Notes under the pieces: model-generated
What the model saw: only the letters and a program-made list of their open reading frames with translations
Databases searched by the model: none
Told to the model about the DNA's origin: nothing
Source of the DNA: Candidatus Rokuibacteriota bacterium
GTDB lineage: Bacteria; Methylomirabilota; Methylomirabilia; Rokubacteriales; CSP1-6
Direction: 5' to 3'
NCBI GenBank assembly: GCA_016209425.1
Contig: JACQWA010000257.1
Coordinates: 1-48,993, forward strand
Length of the DNA stretch: 48,993 nucleotides
Position numbers and translations under genes: made by a program
In this document: piece after piece, positions 19,235 through 27,182 of the stretch
How the letters are laid out: every line of letters begins with the position of its first letter
Position numbering within the stretch: position 1 is the stretch's first letter

Positions 19235-19266
19235 CTAGCCCGAATTATGTGCATAATTCGGGTTAG
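19235..19266. repeat. REP-like palindromic element, family A (copy 1)
   Basis: CTAGCCCGAATTAT-gtgc-ATAATTCGGGTTAG: a 14-bp stem with one G:U. The arms are closely related to the hairpin at 29905-29940 (CTAGCCCGGATTATTC...). Confidence 0.6.
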
Positions 19267-20645
19267 CGCTTCACGATCCCACGCTCTCTCCAAGAGAGCG
19301 GGAGCGCACGGCCCCCAAGCTTGCGGAGTTCAGGAGCATCCTGGAGGAGCAGGTCGCCAGCAACGGGGCGAAGGCCCTCGTCTTCAGCCAGTGGGCGGGG
19401 ATGCTCGCGCTGGCCGAGCCGGGACTCCGGCGGATGGGCCTGGGCTACGTCAAGCTGACCGGCGCGGTCCCTTCGTCCCAACGCGCGCGACTCATCGAGC
19501 AGTTCTTTGAGGACGACGCCTGCCGGATCTTCCTCTCCACCGACGCCGGCGGGGTGGGGCTGAACCTCCAGGCCGCGAGCCTGGTGGTGAACCTGGACCT
19601 GCCGTGGAACCCCGCCGTGCTGGAGCAGCGCATCTCGCGGGCGCATCGTCACGGGCAGCCGAGGACCGTCAACGTCGTCAACCTCATCGCCCGCGACACC
19701 ATCGAGGAGCGGATGCTGGACACCCTGGCCGCGAAGCGGCACCTTTTCGAAGGGGTCTTCGGGACCGAGGAGGCTCCCGCCGCCATCAGCTTCCGGGACA
19801 CCGGACAGCAGCTCCTGCGCCGCCTGGCTGACCTCCTGGCGCCGTCGAAGGAACAGCCGGAGCCTGCGGAGGTCACCGAAGCAGCAGAGGGACAAGCCCC
19901 TCCAATCGCGCCTCCCGCGCCACCCCTTCGCCTGTTCGCCGAAGCGCTCGTGTCGCGCTTCCCCGGGCGAATCCTGCTCGTGCGTCGGGCCTCACCGATC
20001 AGAGTCCCGGTGGCCGATCGCCAGGTTTTGGTCGTTGTGGACCGCGAGCCTGCCGACCTGCGCCCGCCAATCGAGGCGCTCCTCCGTGAGCACTTTGGCG
20101 AGCAGGCGGTACCCGGCCTCCACCTGATGGAGCGGGAGGGGTACCGTGCACTGCTGGCACTGTCGGGTGAGCTGGAACGCCGGGAGGAAGACGAGGAGGC
20201 CTACCGCGCTCCGGCGCTTCCGGCCGCCTTCGGCGACGACGAGCGCGAGCGGAGGATCAGGCGGGCGCGAGAGGCGTTGGAGCACGCGGCCAAGCGGCTC
20301 CGCTTTGCCGAGGTCGTGCTGGCGGGCGGCTTTCCCGAGGAGGCGCTGCGTCCCCTGAGAGAGGCGCTGGGCTGGGGGCTCACGGGGGGTCTCGCGCTTG
20401 TCAAAGACCGGGAGCCAGGTCCTGAGCTTCCCGCGCCGCGGGAGGTGGAGAGCGCGATGGTTGCGACCGGGCGACTGCCGGAGGAGCTGGCGGTGCGCCT
20501 GTCCCGCGCGCGCGAGCTGACCGAACCGCAGGAAGGCGACGCCCAGTCCCCACCGCCATCGGCAAAAACCCTGGCAACCCTGGTGGCGGCGGTTCGTGAG
20601 CTCATCGAAGCGGGGCAGCAACACGTGATGGCCGAGCGGCTGTAG
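19257..20645 (+). pseudogene. SNF2-family helicase, 5'-truncated (only the helicase C-terminal domain plus an uncharacterised tail)
   Basis: The frame opens right after a TAA (19254-56) inside hairpin A. It reads ...KLAEFRSILEEQVASNGAKALVFSQWAGML...LTGAVPSSQRARLIEQF...FLSTDAGGVGLNLQAASLVVNLDLPWNPAVLEQRISRAHRHGQ. The SNF2 N-terminal ATPase lobe (motifs I-III) is absent, and only about 290 bp lie upstream. Confidence 0.65.
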
Positions 20646-20719
20646 CCGCCCCGGTCTATAATGCGGGTGTGGCTCGGCCAATCCAGGGTACGCTGATCGA
20701 GCAGCTCCGAAGGGATCAC

Positions 20720-21274
20720 ATGCACTCCCGCGATATCGCCGCGGTTCTCGAATCCCTGCGTCGCCGACTGGCGCGGGAGGGCATTCCATTCGCGGTGATC
20801 GGGGCGCTGGCTCTCCGGTACTATGGCTACGTTCGTCACACCGAGGACATCGATATTCTCACGACGCGCGAGGGGCTCGACAGGATCCACGCCACGCTCG
20901 TCGGACAGGGCCTGGTGCCCCGAGGGCTGGGGCTGCGCAAGAGTCTGCGCGAGACGGACTACGAAGTGAACATCGACGTCGTGACCTCCGGCGAGCATGC
21001 TGGTTCGTCGGAGAGCCCCGTGGAATACCCTCCGCCGGATTCCACTGCCTTCGTCGACGTCGCCGGGCTGCGGCTCCCGACCCTCGAAGCGCTTGTCGAG
21101 TTCAAAATCGCCAGCGGCGTCTGGGGCCACCGCGCACAGGATCTGGCCGACGTGCAGAGGCTCATCCGCATCAATGGCCTCGCAGAGGCGTTCGCAGACC
21201 GTATTGCCCCGACGCTTCGTGAGAAGTTCTTGGATCTTCTGCGCGAGTCGCGCCTGGAACGCGACCTGGAATAG
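20720..21274 (+). CDS. Nucleotidyltransferase-fold protein (MNT / AbiEii-like)
   Basis: The GIPFAVIGALALRYYGYVRHTEDIDILT motif has the G-x-a-a-x-x-y-G...T-x-D-h-D-h pattern of minimal NTases. Perfect TATAAT at 20657-62 and a GAAGGGA SD before ATG 20720. GTG 20669 is an alternative start. Confidence 0.6.
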   Translation: MHSRDIAAVLESLRRRLAREGIPFAVIGALALRYYGYVRHTEDIDILTTREGLDRIHATLVGQGLVPRGLGLRKSLRETDYEVNIDVVTSGEHAGSSESPVEYPPPDSTAFVDVAGLRLPTLEALVEFKIASGVWGHRAQDLADVQRLIRINGLAEAFADRIAPTLREKFLDLLRESRLERDLE

Positions 21275-21328
21275 CGGCTTGGCCGCAGTCACCGGAGGAT
21301 CAGCCGCCAGGGTTCGGCTCCCGAAGCG

Positions 21329-21337
21329 TGATACAAT
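21329..21337 (+). promoter_or_regulatory. Extended -10 promoter element TGATACAAT upstream of yggS
   Basis: TG-n-TACAAT, 24 nt upstream of GTG 21361. GAGGGGGG SD at 21348-55. An identical 9-mer occurs at 39717-39725. Confidence 0.35.
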
Positions 21338-21360
21338 CACCTGGCGTGAGGGGGGCGGCG

Positions 21361-22029
21361 GTGATTGATGTCGCGGGGAATCTCGCTCGCGTCCGGGAGC
21401 GGATCTGCCGCGCCGCCGAACGGGCGGGGCGTGCCCCTGAGGAGGTTCTCCTCGTCGGCGTCTCCAAGTCGGTGGACGTCGAGCGGATTCGAAGCGCCCT
21501 GGCCGCCGGCCTGCCCGCGCTGGGGGAAAATCGGATCCAGGAGGCGAGAGAGAAGATCGGGGTGATCGGCCGCCCGGTGCCCTGGCATCTCGTCGGTCAT
21601 CTCCAGACCAACAAGGCCAGGGATGCCGTCCTGCTCTTCGACTTGATCCACTCCGTCGATCGCCTGGAGCTGGCGCGGGAACTCCAGCGCCGGGCCAGCA
21701 CCGCCGGCAGGGTGGTGGAGGTGCTCGTCCAGGTGAACCTGGCGGGCGAAGCGACCAAGGGCGGGTTCGCCACCGGCGAACTCAAGGGCGCGCTCGAAGC
21801 TCTGGCGGGGTTCTCCGGGCTCTCGGTGCGGGGGCTCATGACGATCCCGCCACCGGTCGAGGAGGCTGAGCTGTCGCGGGGGTGGTTCCGCCAGCTCCGC
21901 GAGCTCAGGGACGAGGCCGGTCTCGAGCATCTTTCGATGGGGATGAGCGAAGACTTCGAGGTCGCGGTCGAGGAAGGGGCAACCATCGTCAGGGTGGGCA
22001 CAGCCATTTTTGGACCGAGAACACCGTGA
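21361..22029 (+). CDS. yggS: PLP-binding homeostasis protein YggS (alanine racemase N-terminal fold)
   Basis: LVGVSKS, LGENRIQEAREK, HLVGHLQTNKA, MGMSEDFEVAVEEGATIVRVGTAIFG. Confidence 0.85.
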   Translation: MIDVAGNLARVRERICRAAERAGRAPEEVLLVGVSKSVDVERIRSALAAGLPALGENRIQEAREKIGVIGRPVPWHLVGHLQTNKARDAVLLFDLIHSVDRLELARELQRRASTAGRVVEVLVQVNLAGEATKGGFATGELKGALEALAGFSGLSVRGLMTIPPPVEEAELSRGWFRQLRELRDEAGLEHLSMGMSEDFEVAVEEGATIVRVGTAIFGPRTP

Positions 22030-22865
22030 GCCTGAAGGGGAAGAAGGTCGGGTTTCTGGGCGGGGGCAACATGGGGGAGGCTCTGATCCGGGGTCTTCTC
22101 AAGGCCGAGCTGGTCCCCCCGGAAGACGTCTTCGTCACGGACGTTCGGCTTGACCGCCTGCAACAGCTCGGCAAGCTCTACGGGATCCACACGCTTTCCG
22201 ACAATGCGCTCCTCGTGAGGCGGGTGGACGTGGTGATCGTGGCGGTGAAGCCTCAGATCATCCACGCGGTGCTCAAAGAGGTGGCCCCGGCAGTGACGAC
22301 TCGGAAGCTCTTCATCTCGCTGGCCGCCGGCGTCCCGACCGCGGCGCTGCGCGCCGACCTCCCGAAGAGCGTTCGCCTCATCCGGGTCATGCCCAACACC
22401 CCGGCCCTGGTCCTGGAGGGCGTGACCGCGGTGGCGCAGGCGGATGGGCTTCAGCGGGGGGATCTGGAAACCGCTCAGGAAATCTTCGGCGCGGTGGGAA
22501 AGGTGGTCGTGCTGGACGAAGAGCTGCTGGACGCCGTCACCGGACTGTCGGGCTCGGGCCCCGCCTACGTGGCGCTGATGATCGAGGCGCTGGCCGACGG
22601 CGGGGTCAAGGTGGGTCTCGACCGGATTACCGCCATGACCCTGGCGGCGCAGACCGTCCTGGGGTCGGCGAAGCTCCTGATCGAAACGGGAGCGCATCCG
22701 GGCCAGCTGAAGGACATGGTGACCTCGCCGGGGGGGACCGCCATTGCCGGGATCGCGGCCCTGGAGGAGGGGGGCGTCCGCCGGACCCTCATCAGCGCCG
22801 TCGAGCGCGCCACGCTCCGCTCGCGCGAGCTGGGCCGTGGCCCCCGGGGCGACAAGAAGGCCTGA
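22026..22865 (+). CDS. proC: Pyrroline-5-carboxylate reductase
   Basis: KVGFLGGGNMGEALIRG Rossmann motif, VMPNTPALV, GSGPAYVALMIEALADGGV, VTSPGGTAIAG. GTGA overlap with the yggS stop. Confidence 0.9.
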   Translation: MSLKGKKVGFLGGGNMGEALIRGLLKAELVPPEDVFVTDVRLDRLQQLGKLYGIHTLSDNALLVRRVDVVIVAVKPQIIHAVLKEVAPAVTTRKLFISLAAGVPTAALRADLPKSVRLIRVMPNTPALVLEGVTAVAQADGLQRGDLETAQEIFGAVGKVVVLDEELLDAVTGLSGSGPAYVALMIEALADGGVKVGLDRITAMTLAAQTVLGSAKLLIETGAHPGQLKDMVTSPGGTAIAGIAALEEGGVRRTLISAVERATLRSRELGRGPRGDKKA

Positions 22866-22866
22866 C

Positions 22867-23142
22867 GTGGAAGGCGCCGTATTGCTCTACCGGTTGGTGG
22901 ATTTCGTCAGCTGGCTCCTGAGCCTCTACACGTGGGTCATCATCGCGGCGGCGCTGATCTCCTGGATCAACCCGGACCCCTACAACCCCATCGTCCAGCT
23001 CCTCAGGCGCGTCACCGAACCGGTGCTCCGCCCGATCCGGAAACTGCTCTCCCGCTACCAGACCGGGCTCGACTTTTCTCCGCTGGTGGCGATCCTCATC
23101 ATCCAGTTCGTCCAGCAGGTGATCCTGCGCTCGCTCTTCTGA
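22867..23142 (+). CDS. yggT: YggT family membrane protein
   Basis: About 91 aa with two TM segments, and the typical ISWINPDPYNPIVQLLRRVTEPVLRPIR motif. GTG 22867 is 1 nt after the proC stop. Confidence 0.8.
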   Translation: MEGAVLLYRLVDFVSWLLSLYTWVIIAAALISWINPDPYNPIVQLLRRVTEPVLRPIRKLLSRYQTGLDFSPLVAILIIQFVQQVILRSLF

Positions 23143-23211
23143 GCCACGCTCGGTGGGCGGCGCCGCCGGCAGGCGACGTCGGCTGGCACCGCGATGGGAG
23201 GTGAAGGTCCG

Positions 23212-23679
23212 ATGCGCATCTCGCCGATGGACATCCGGCAACAGCAGTTCACCGTCCGTTTTCGCGGCTTCGACCGGCAGGAGGTGGACGCGTTCCTGGC
23301 GGACGTGGCGGAGGATTACGAGCAGCTCGTCAAGGAGAACGCGCTCCTGAAGGAACAGCTCACCGCGCTGGAGGAGCGGTCCCGGGGGATCGAGGAGCGG
23401 GAAAAGCTGCTCCAGGATACCCTGGTCACCACCCAACGACTGGCCGAAGAGATGAAGGAAGGCGCCAAGCGCGAGGCCAATCTCCTCGTCCGGGAGGCGG
23501 AACTCCAGGGGGACAAACTCTTGGAGGAGGCGCGGGCCGAGGAGGCCAAGATCAAGGCCGAGGTCCTTGCCCTCAAGCGCACCCGTCGCCAGCTGGCCGA
23601 GGGGCTTCGCGTCACGCTCGACATGTACCAGCGGCTTGTGGCCGAGGAATTCGGGGATGCGGGGGCCGGGTCGCACTGA
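23212..23679 (+). CDS. divIVA: DivIVA-domain protein
   Basis: N-terminal lipid-binding domain MRISPMDIRQQQFTVRFRGFDRQEVDAFLADV, followed by coiled coil. GGAGGTGAAGG SD before ATG 23212. Confidence 0.85.
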   Translation: MRISPMDIRQQQFTVRFRGFDRQEVDAFLADVAEDYEQLVKENALLKEQLTALEERSRGIEEREKLLQDTLVTTQRLAEEMKEGAKREANLLVREAELQGDKLLEEARAEEAKIKAEVLALKRTRRQLAEGLRVTLDMYQRLVAEEFGDAGAGSH

Positions 23680-23950
23680 CTCGGCCCTCCTCCGCGTGAG
23701 GGTTCAGCCCCGGGCCGCGAGAGACGAGCTGGGGGACTGGGACGGATCCACCCTCCGCGTCCGCGTGCGCGCGGCTCCGGTTGACGGGGAGGCCAATCAC
23801 GCGGTGTGCGCGCTCCTCGCCCGATCCTTCCGGGTGCCCCAATCGGCCGTCACGCTCGTGAGGGGCGCCCACGGCCGGGATAAACTCATCCGGATTCAGG
23901 GACTCTCCTTCGAGACGCTTGAAGCCCGGATCAAGGCCGGGCTCCTGTGA
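23657..23950 (+). CDS. yggU: DUF167 (YggU) family protein
   Basis: LRVRVQPRAARDEL...LRVRVRAAPVDGEANHAVCALLARSFRVPQSAVTLVRGAHGRDKLIRI matches the YggU pattern. It overlaps the divIVA 3' end by 23 nt. Confidence 0.75.
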   Translation: MRGPGRTDSALLRVRVQPRAARDELGDWDGSTLRVRVRAAPVDGEANHAVCALLARSFRVPQSAVTLVRGAHGRDKLIRIQGLSFETLEARIKAGLL

Positions 23951-24966
23951 TCTCCCCGGTCCGCTGGGAGGGCGACCGGCTGGTCCTCCTGGACCAGACG
24001 CGTCTCCCCGCCGAAGAGGTCGAGCGCCGGTACACCTCCTGGTCCGAGGTGGCGGAGGCCATCCGCTCGATGGTCGTGCGCGGCGCCCCTGCCATCGGGG
24101 TGACCGCGGCTTTCGGCGTCGCGCTGGCTGCGCGTGAGAGCCGAGCATCGACGGTTGATGGGCTCCTGGCGGACCTTGAGAGCGCGATCAAGGGGCTCGC
24201 CGCCACGCGGCCGACCGCGGTGAATCTCTTTTGGGCCCTGGAGCGGATGCGGCGCTGCTGCCTTGACTATCGGACGCTTCCCCTCGACACCCTCAAGACT
24301 CGCCTGCTTCAGGAGGCGCAGGCGGTCCTGGATGAGGACGTGGCGGCCAATCGGGCCATGGGTGCCTACGGCGCGGCGCTCATCCCCGACCACGCGCGGA
24401 TCCTCACCCACTGCAACGCCGGGGCCCTGGCCACCGCGGGCTACGGGACGGCGCTCGGGGTGGTCCGGGCGGCCCACGAGCAGGGCAAGGTGGCGCTCGT
24501 CTGGGTGGATGAGACCCGCCCCGTCCTGCAAGGCGCCCGCCTTACCGCCTGGGAGTGCGTCAAGGACGGGATCCCCCACCGGGTGATCTCGGATGTCGCG
24601 GCCGCCTCCGTGATGGCCCGCGGGGAGGTCGACTTGGTCGTCACCGGGGCGGATCGGATCGCCGCCAACGGCGACACGGCCAACAAGATCGGCACCTACG
24701 CGCTCGCCGTGCTCGCCAGGCACCACGGCATCCCGTTCTACGCGGCCGCCCCCTTCTCGACCATCGACCGGGCGCTCCCCTCGGGCGATCTCATCCCCAT
24801 CGAGGAGCGTGACGGGAGCGAGGTCAGGGGCCTGGCGGGCCGCCAGACCGCGCCGGCCGCGTCGCCCGTCTTCAACCCGGCGTTCGACGTGACGCCGGCG
24901 GCGCTGATCACCGCCATCATCACCGAGCGCGGCATCTTCCGTCCGCCCTACGATTTCTCGCGGTGA
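23947..24966 (+). CDS. mtnA: S-methyl-5-thioribose-1-phosphate isomerase (eIF-2B alpha/beta/delta family)
   Basis: LLDQTRLP, MVVRGAPAIGVTAAFG, RPTAVNLFWA, THCNAGALAT, GADRIAANGDTANKIGTY, NPAFDVTP. GTGA overlap with yggU. Confidence 0.85.
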   Translation: MISPVRWEGDRLVLLDQTRLPAEEVERRYTSWSEVAEAIRSMVVRGAPAIGVTAAFGVALAARESRASTVDGLLADLESAIKGLAATRPTAVNLFWALERMRRCCLDYRTLPLDTLKTRLLQEAQAVLDEDVAANRAMGAYGAALIPDHARILTHCNAGALATAGYGTALGVVRAAHEQGKVALVWVDETRPVLQGARLTAWECVKDGIPHRVISDVAAASVMARGEVDLVVTGADRIAANGDTANKIGTYALAVLARHHGIPFYAAAPFSTIDRALPSGDLIPIEERDGSEVRGLAGRQTAPAASPVFNPAFDVTPAALITAIITERGIFRPPYDFSR

Positions 24967-26525
24967 CCCCCGTCGGCAATCGCGACATCCGGGCGGCGCG
25001 GGAGTACCACGACCGCACCGCTCACAGTTACCAGTCGGTCCGCCAGAGCGGCCACGTCCTCGACTGGGACACGAAGCCATTCCTCTACAAGGTGTACCCC
25101 GATTTGCCGGTCACGCTGCTGCCCCGCGAGTTCCCTCAGCCGCCGCAAGACACGCTGGAGGCGATGGCGACCTTCGAAGGCAAAGGGGCGACGCTCACAC
25201 TCGAGACCCTCGCGTCCCTCCTGTTCTTCACCGCCGGGTTGACCAAGAAGAAGACCCATCCCGGGGGTGGCGAGATGCACTTCCGCGCCGCGCCGTCGAC
25301 CGGCGCCCTCTACCAGACGGAGGTGTATGTCGTGGCGGGGGAGCTCCCGGCACTTTCGGCCGGGGTGTACCATTTCTCGCCCGGTGACTTCTGCCTTCGG
25401 CGGCTCCGGGCGGGAGACTTTCGAGGCGAGCTGGGCGTCGCCGCGGTTGACGAACGGATCCCGACCGCCGCGGCCACGCTCGTCCTGACCGCCATCTACT
25501 GGCGCAACACCTGGAAGTACCAGGCACGGGCGTACCGGCATCTCTTCTGGGACTCGGGAACCATGCTGGCCAACCTCCTCGCCACGGCCGCCGGCTTGGG
25601 GATCCCCGCGCGCCTCGTCACGTTCTTTGTCGACGAGCGAATCAATCGGCTCCTGGCGCTCGACGCTGAGAAGGAAGTGAGCCTCGAGCTGGTTCCGCTG
25701 GGGACTTCGGCGGCGCCGCCACCCGCCGCAGACGTCTCTACGGAGCCGATCACGCCACGGACCATTCCGTTGTCGTCCAGCGAGGTGGAGTATCCACTGG
25801 TCAGGTACATGCATGCGGTGTCGTCCCTGGTGGAATCCGACGAGCTGAGGACCGTCCGGCCGTCTCACCCCGGCGAGCCCCGGTCCATCCCGGAGCACCT
25901 CGTGTCGCTTCCCGGGCCGCTGGCGCGCGCCGGACGATCGCTTGGGGAGACTATCCTCGGGCGGGGATCGACGCGCCAGTTCTCCGGCCAGCCGATCAGC
26001 GCCGAGGCACTCTCCACGGTGCTCTTTCACGCGACCCGCGGCATCCCGGCCGACTTCTTGCCGGCGCCCGGGCGTCGGCTCGTGGACCTCTATCTGATCG
26101 TCAACGCCGTGGAGACAATCCCCTCCGGCGCCTACTGCTACTGGCCCGAGGCCCACGGCGTGGAGATGCTCGCGAGCGGCGACTTCCGGCGCCAGGCCGG
26201 CTACCTCTGCCTGGAGCAGGCTCTCGGCGCCGACGCCGGCGTCGGGATCTTCTTCCTCGCGGCCCTCGGCCCGATCCTCGAGCGCTTGGGCAACCGCGGC
26301 TACCGGCTGGCCAACCTGGAGGCGGGGATCATCGGCGGCAGGTGCTACCTCGGCGCCTACGCTCAGGGCTTCGGCGCCTCCGGGCTCACTTACTACGACG
26401 GCGACGTGGTGCGGTTCTTCTCGCCCCACGCCCGGGGCAAGGACGCGCTCTTCGTCACGGTGCTGGGCCGATCCGTCAAGGGCGTTCCCGGGATCGAGGT
26501 GCCGCTCCAGATCGCGAAGCCGTAG
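24963..26525 (+). CDS. SagB/ThcOx-type dehydrogenase (double nitroreductase-fold protein)
   Basis: YHDRTAHSY...DWDTKPFLYKVY N-terminus and RAAPSTGALYQTEVYVV are typical of SagB-type dehydrogenase domains. A second nitroreductase-like half follows (GRGSTRQFSG...). GTGA overlap with mtnA. Confidence 0.65.
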   Translation: MTPVGNRDIRAAREYHDRTAHSYQSVRQSGHVLDWDTKPFLYKVYPDLPVTLLPREFPQPPQDTLEAMATFEGKGATLTLETLASLLFFTAGLTKKKTHPGGGEMHFRAAPSTGALYQTEVYVVAGELPALSAGVYHFSPGDFCLRRLRAGDFRGELGVAAVDERIPTAAATLVLTAIYWRNTWKYQARAYRHLFWDSGTMLANLLATAAGLGIPARLVTFFVDERINRLLALDAEKEVSLELVPLGTSAAPPPAADVSTEPITPRTIPLSSSEVEYPLVRYMHAVSSLVESDELRTVRPSHPGEPRSIPEHLVSLPGPLARAGRSLGETILGRGSTRQFSGQPISAEALSTVLFHATRGIPADFLPAPGRRLVDLYLIVNAVETIPSGAYCYWPEAHGVEMLASGDFRRQAGYLCLEQALGADAGVGIFFLAALGPILERLGNRGYRLANLEAGIIGGRCYLGAYAQGFGASGLTYYDGDVVRFFSPHARGKDALFVTVLGRSVKGVPGIEVPLQIAKP

Positions 26526-26593
26526 CGGCTCTGGTGTCTCCGGACGAAGACACTTGAAATGGCCTTTCGGGTGAGATAAAGGTGAGAGTGCCC

Positions 26594-26980
26594 ATGACCA
26601 GTGCCGAGTATCAACAGCTCATCGAGTTCCTCGGTCGCCAGTTCACGGCAATCGATGGTCAATTCACGGCAATCGATGGTCAATTCACCGTGGTCGGTCG
26701 GCGATTCGACTCGCTAGAGCAGCGGTTCGATGCGTTCGAGCAGCGCATGGAGGAGCGCTTCCAGGAGGTATTCGGCCACCTCGATGCCATCTACCGTCGC
26801 CTGGAGACCCTGGAACAGGAGTATCACATGATCGTCCAGGCGCTCCGGCGGATCGAGGCGCTGCTGGCAGATGAAGTCGGCCGCCGCGAGGTGCTGGAAC
26901 GGGGTCTGGAGGACTTGAAGCGGAATGTCGCGTCCCTCCAGGCCCGCATCGAGGAACTGGAGCGCCGGATCCGAAGTTAG
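26594..26980 (+). CDS. Small coiled-coil protein with heptad repeats (function unknown)
   Basis: Heptads QFTAIDG/QFTAIDG/QFTVVGR/RFDSLEQ/RFDAFEQ/RMEERFQ, then a long helix ending in ARIEELERRIRS. AGGTGA SD before ATG 26594. It sits in a lower-G+C patch. Confidence 0.5.
   Translation: MTSAEYQQLIEFLGRQFTAIDGQFTAIDGQFTVVGRRFDSLEQRFDAFEQRMEERFQEVFGHLDAIYRRLETLEQEYHMIVQALRRIEALLADEVGRREVLERGLEDLKRNVASLQARIEELERRIRS
26639..26701 (+). repeat. 21-bp in-frame tandem repeat (2 near-identical units plus 1 diverged)
   Basis: CAGTTCACGGCAATCGATGGT / CAATTCACGGCAATCGATGGT / CAATTCACCGTGGTCGGTCGG. One unit equals one heptad of the coiled-coil protein. Confidence 0.85.
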
Positions 26981-27098
26981 ATCCCAGACCGGAGCCGAAT
27001 CAGGCTCAGCGCTCTTTCGGGGACTTCTCCTTCTCCCGCAAAGTCCGACGGCGCTCCTTCACTTGGCCTGTGACCAGGTCATCCGGTAGGTTGGCCCG

Positions 27099-27128
27099 TT
27101 GACTGGGCCCCGAGGATGCGCCTATAGT
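27099..27128 (+). promoter_or_regulatory. Sigma-70-like promoter of the aminotransferase-serA operon
   Basis: TTGACT (27099-104), 18-nt spacer, TATAGT (27123-128), about 55 nt upstream of ATG 27183. Confidence 0.4.
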
Positions 27129-27182
27129 GAGGTGGGTTGTGATCCCGTTCACGAAATTCCACCCGCCGGAAAGGAGCCCTCG

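Noticed and set aside
26639-26701. Tandem repeat checked as a possible CRISPR array
   Set aside because: The units are head-to-tail 21-mers with no spacers, and they sit in frame within a coding sequence. No CRISPR-like repeat-spacer structure occurs anywhere in the window.
27006-27182. Tail of minus-strand ORF 27006-27518 ending in a basic peptide (...KERRRTLREKEKSPKER), between the coiled-coil gene and the aminotransferase promoter
   Set aside because: The ORF is mostly antisense to the aminotransferase gene. The intergenic part has no ATG or SD. It is only a possible about 48-codon GTG-initiated ORF with no support.
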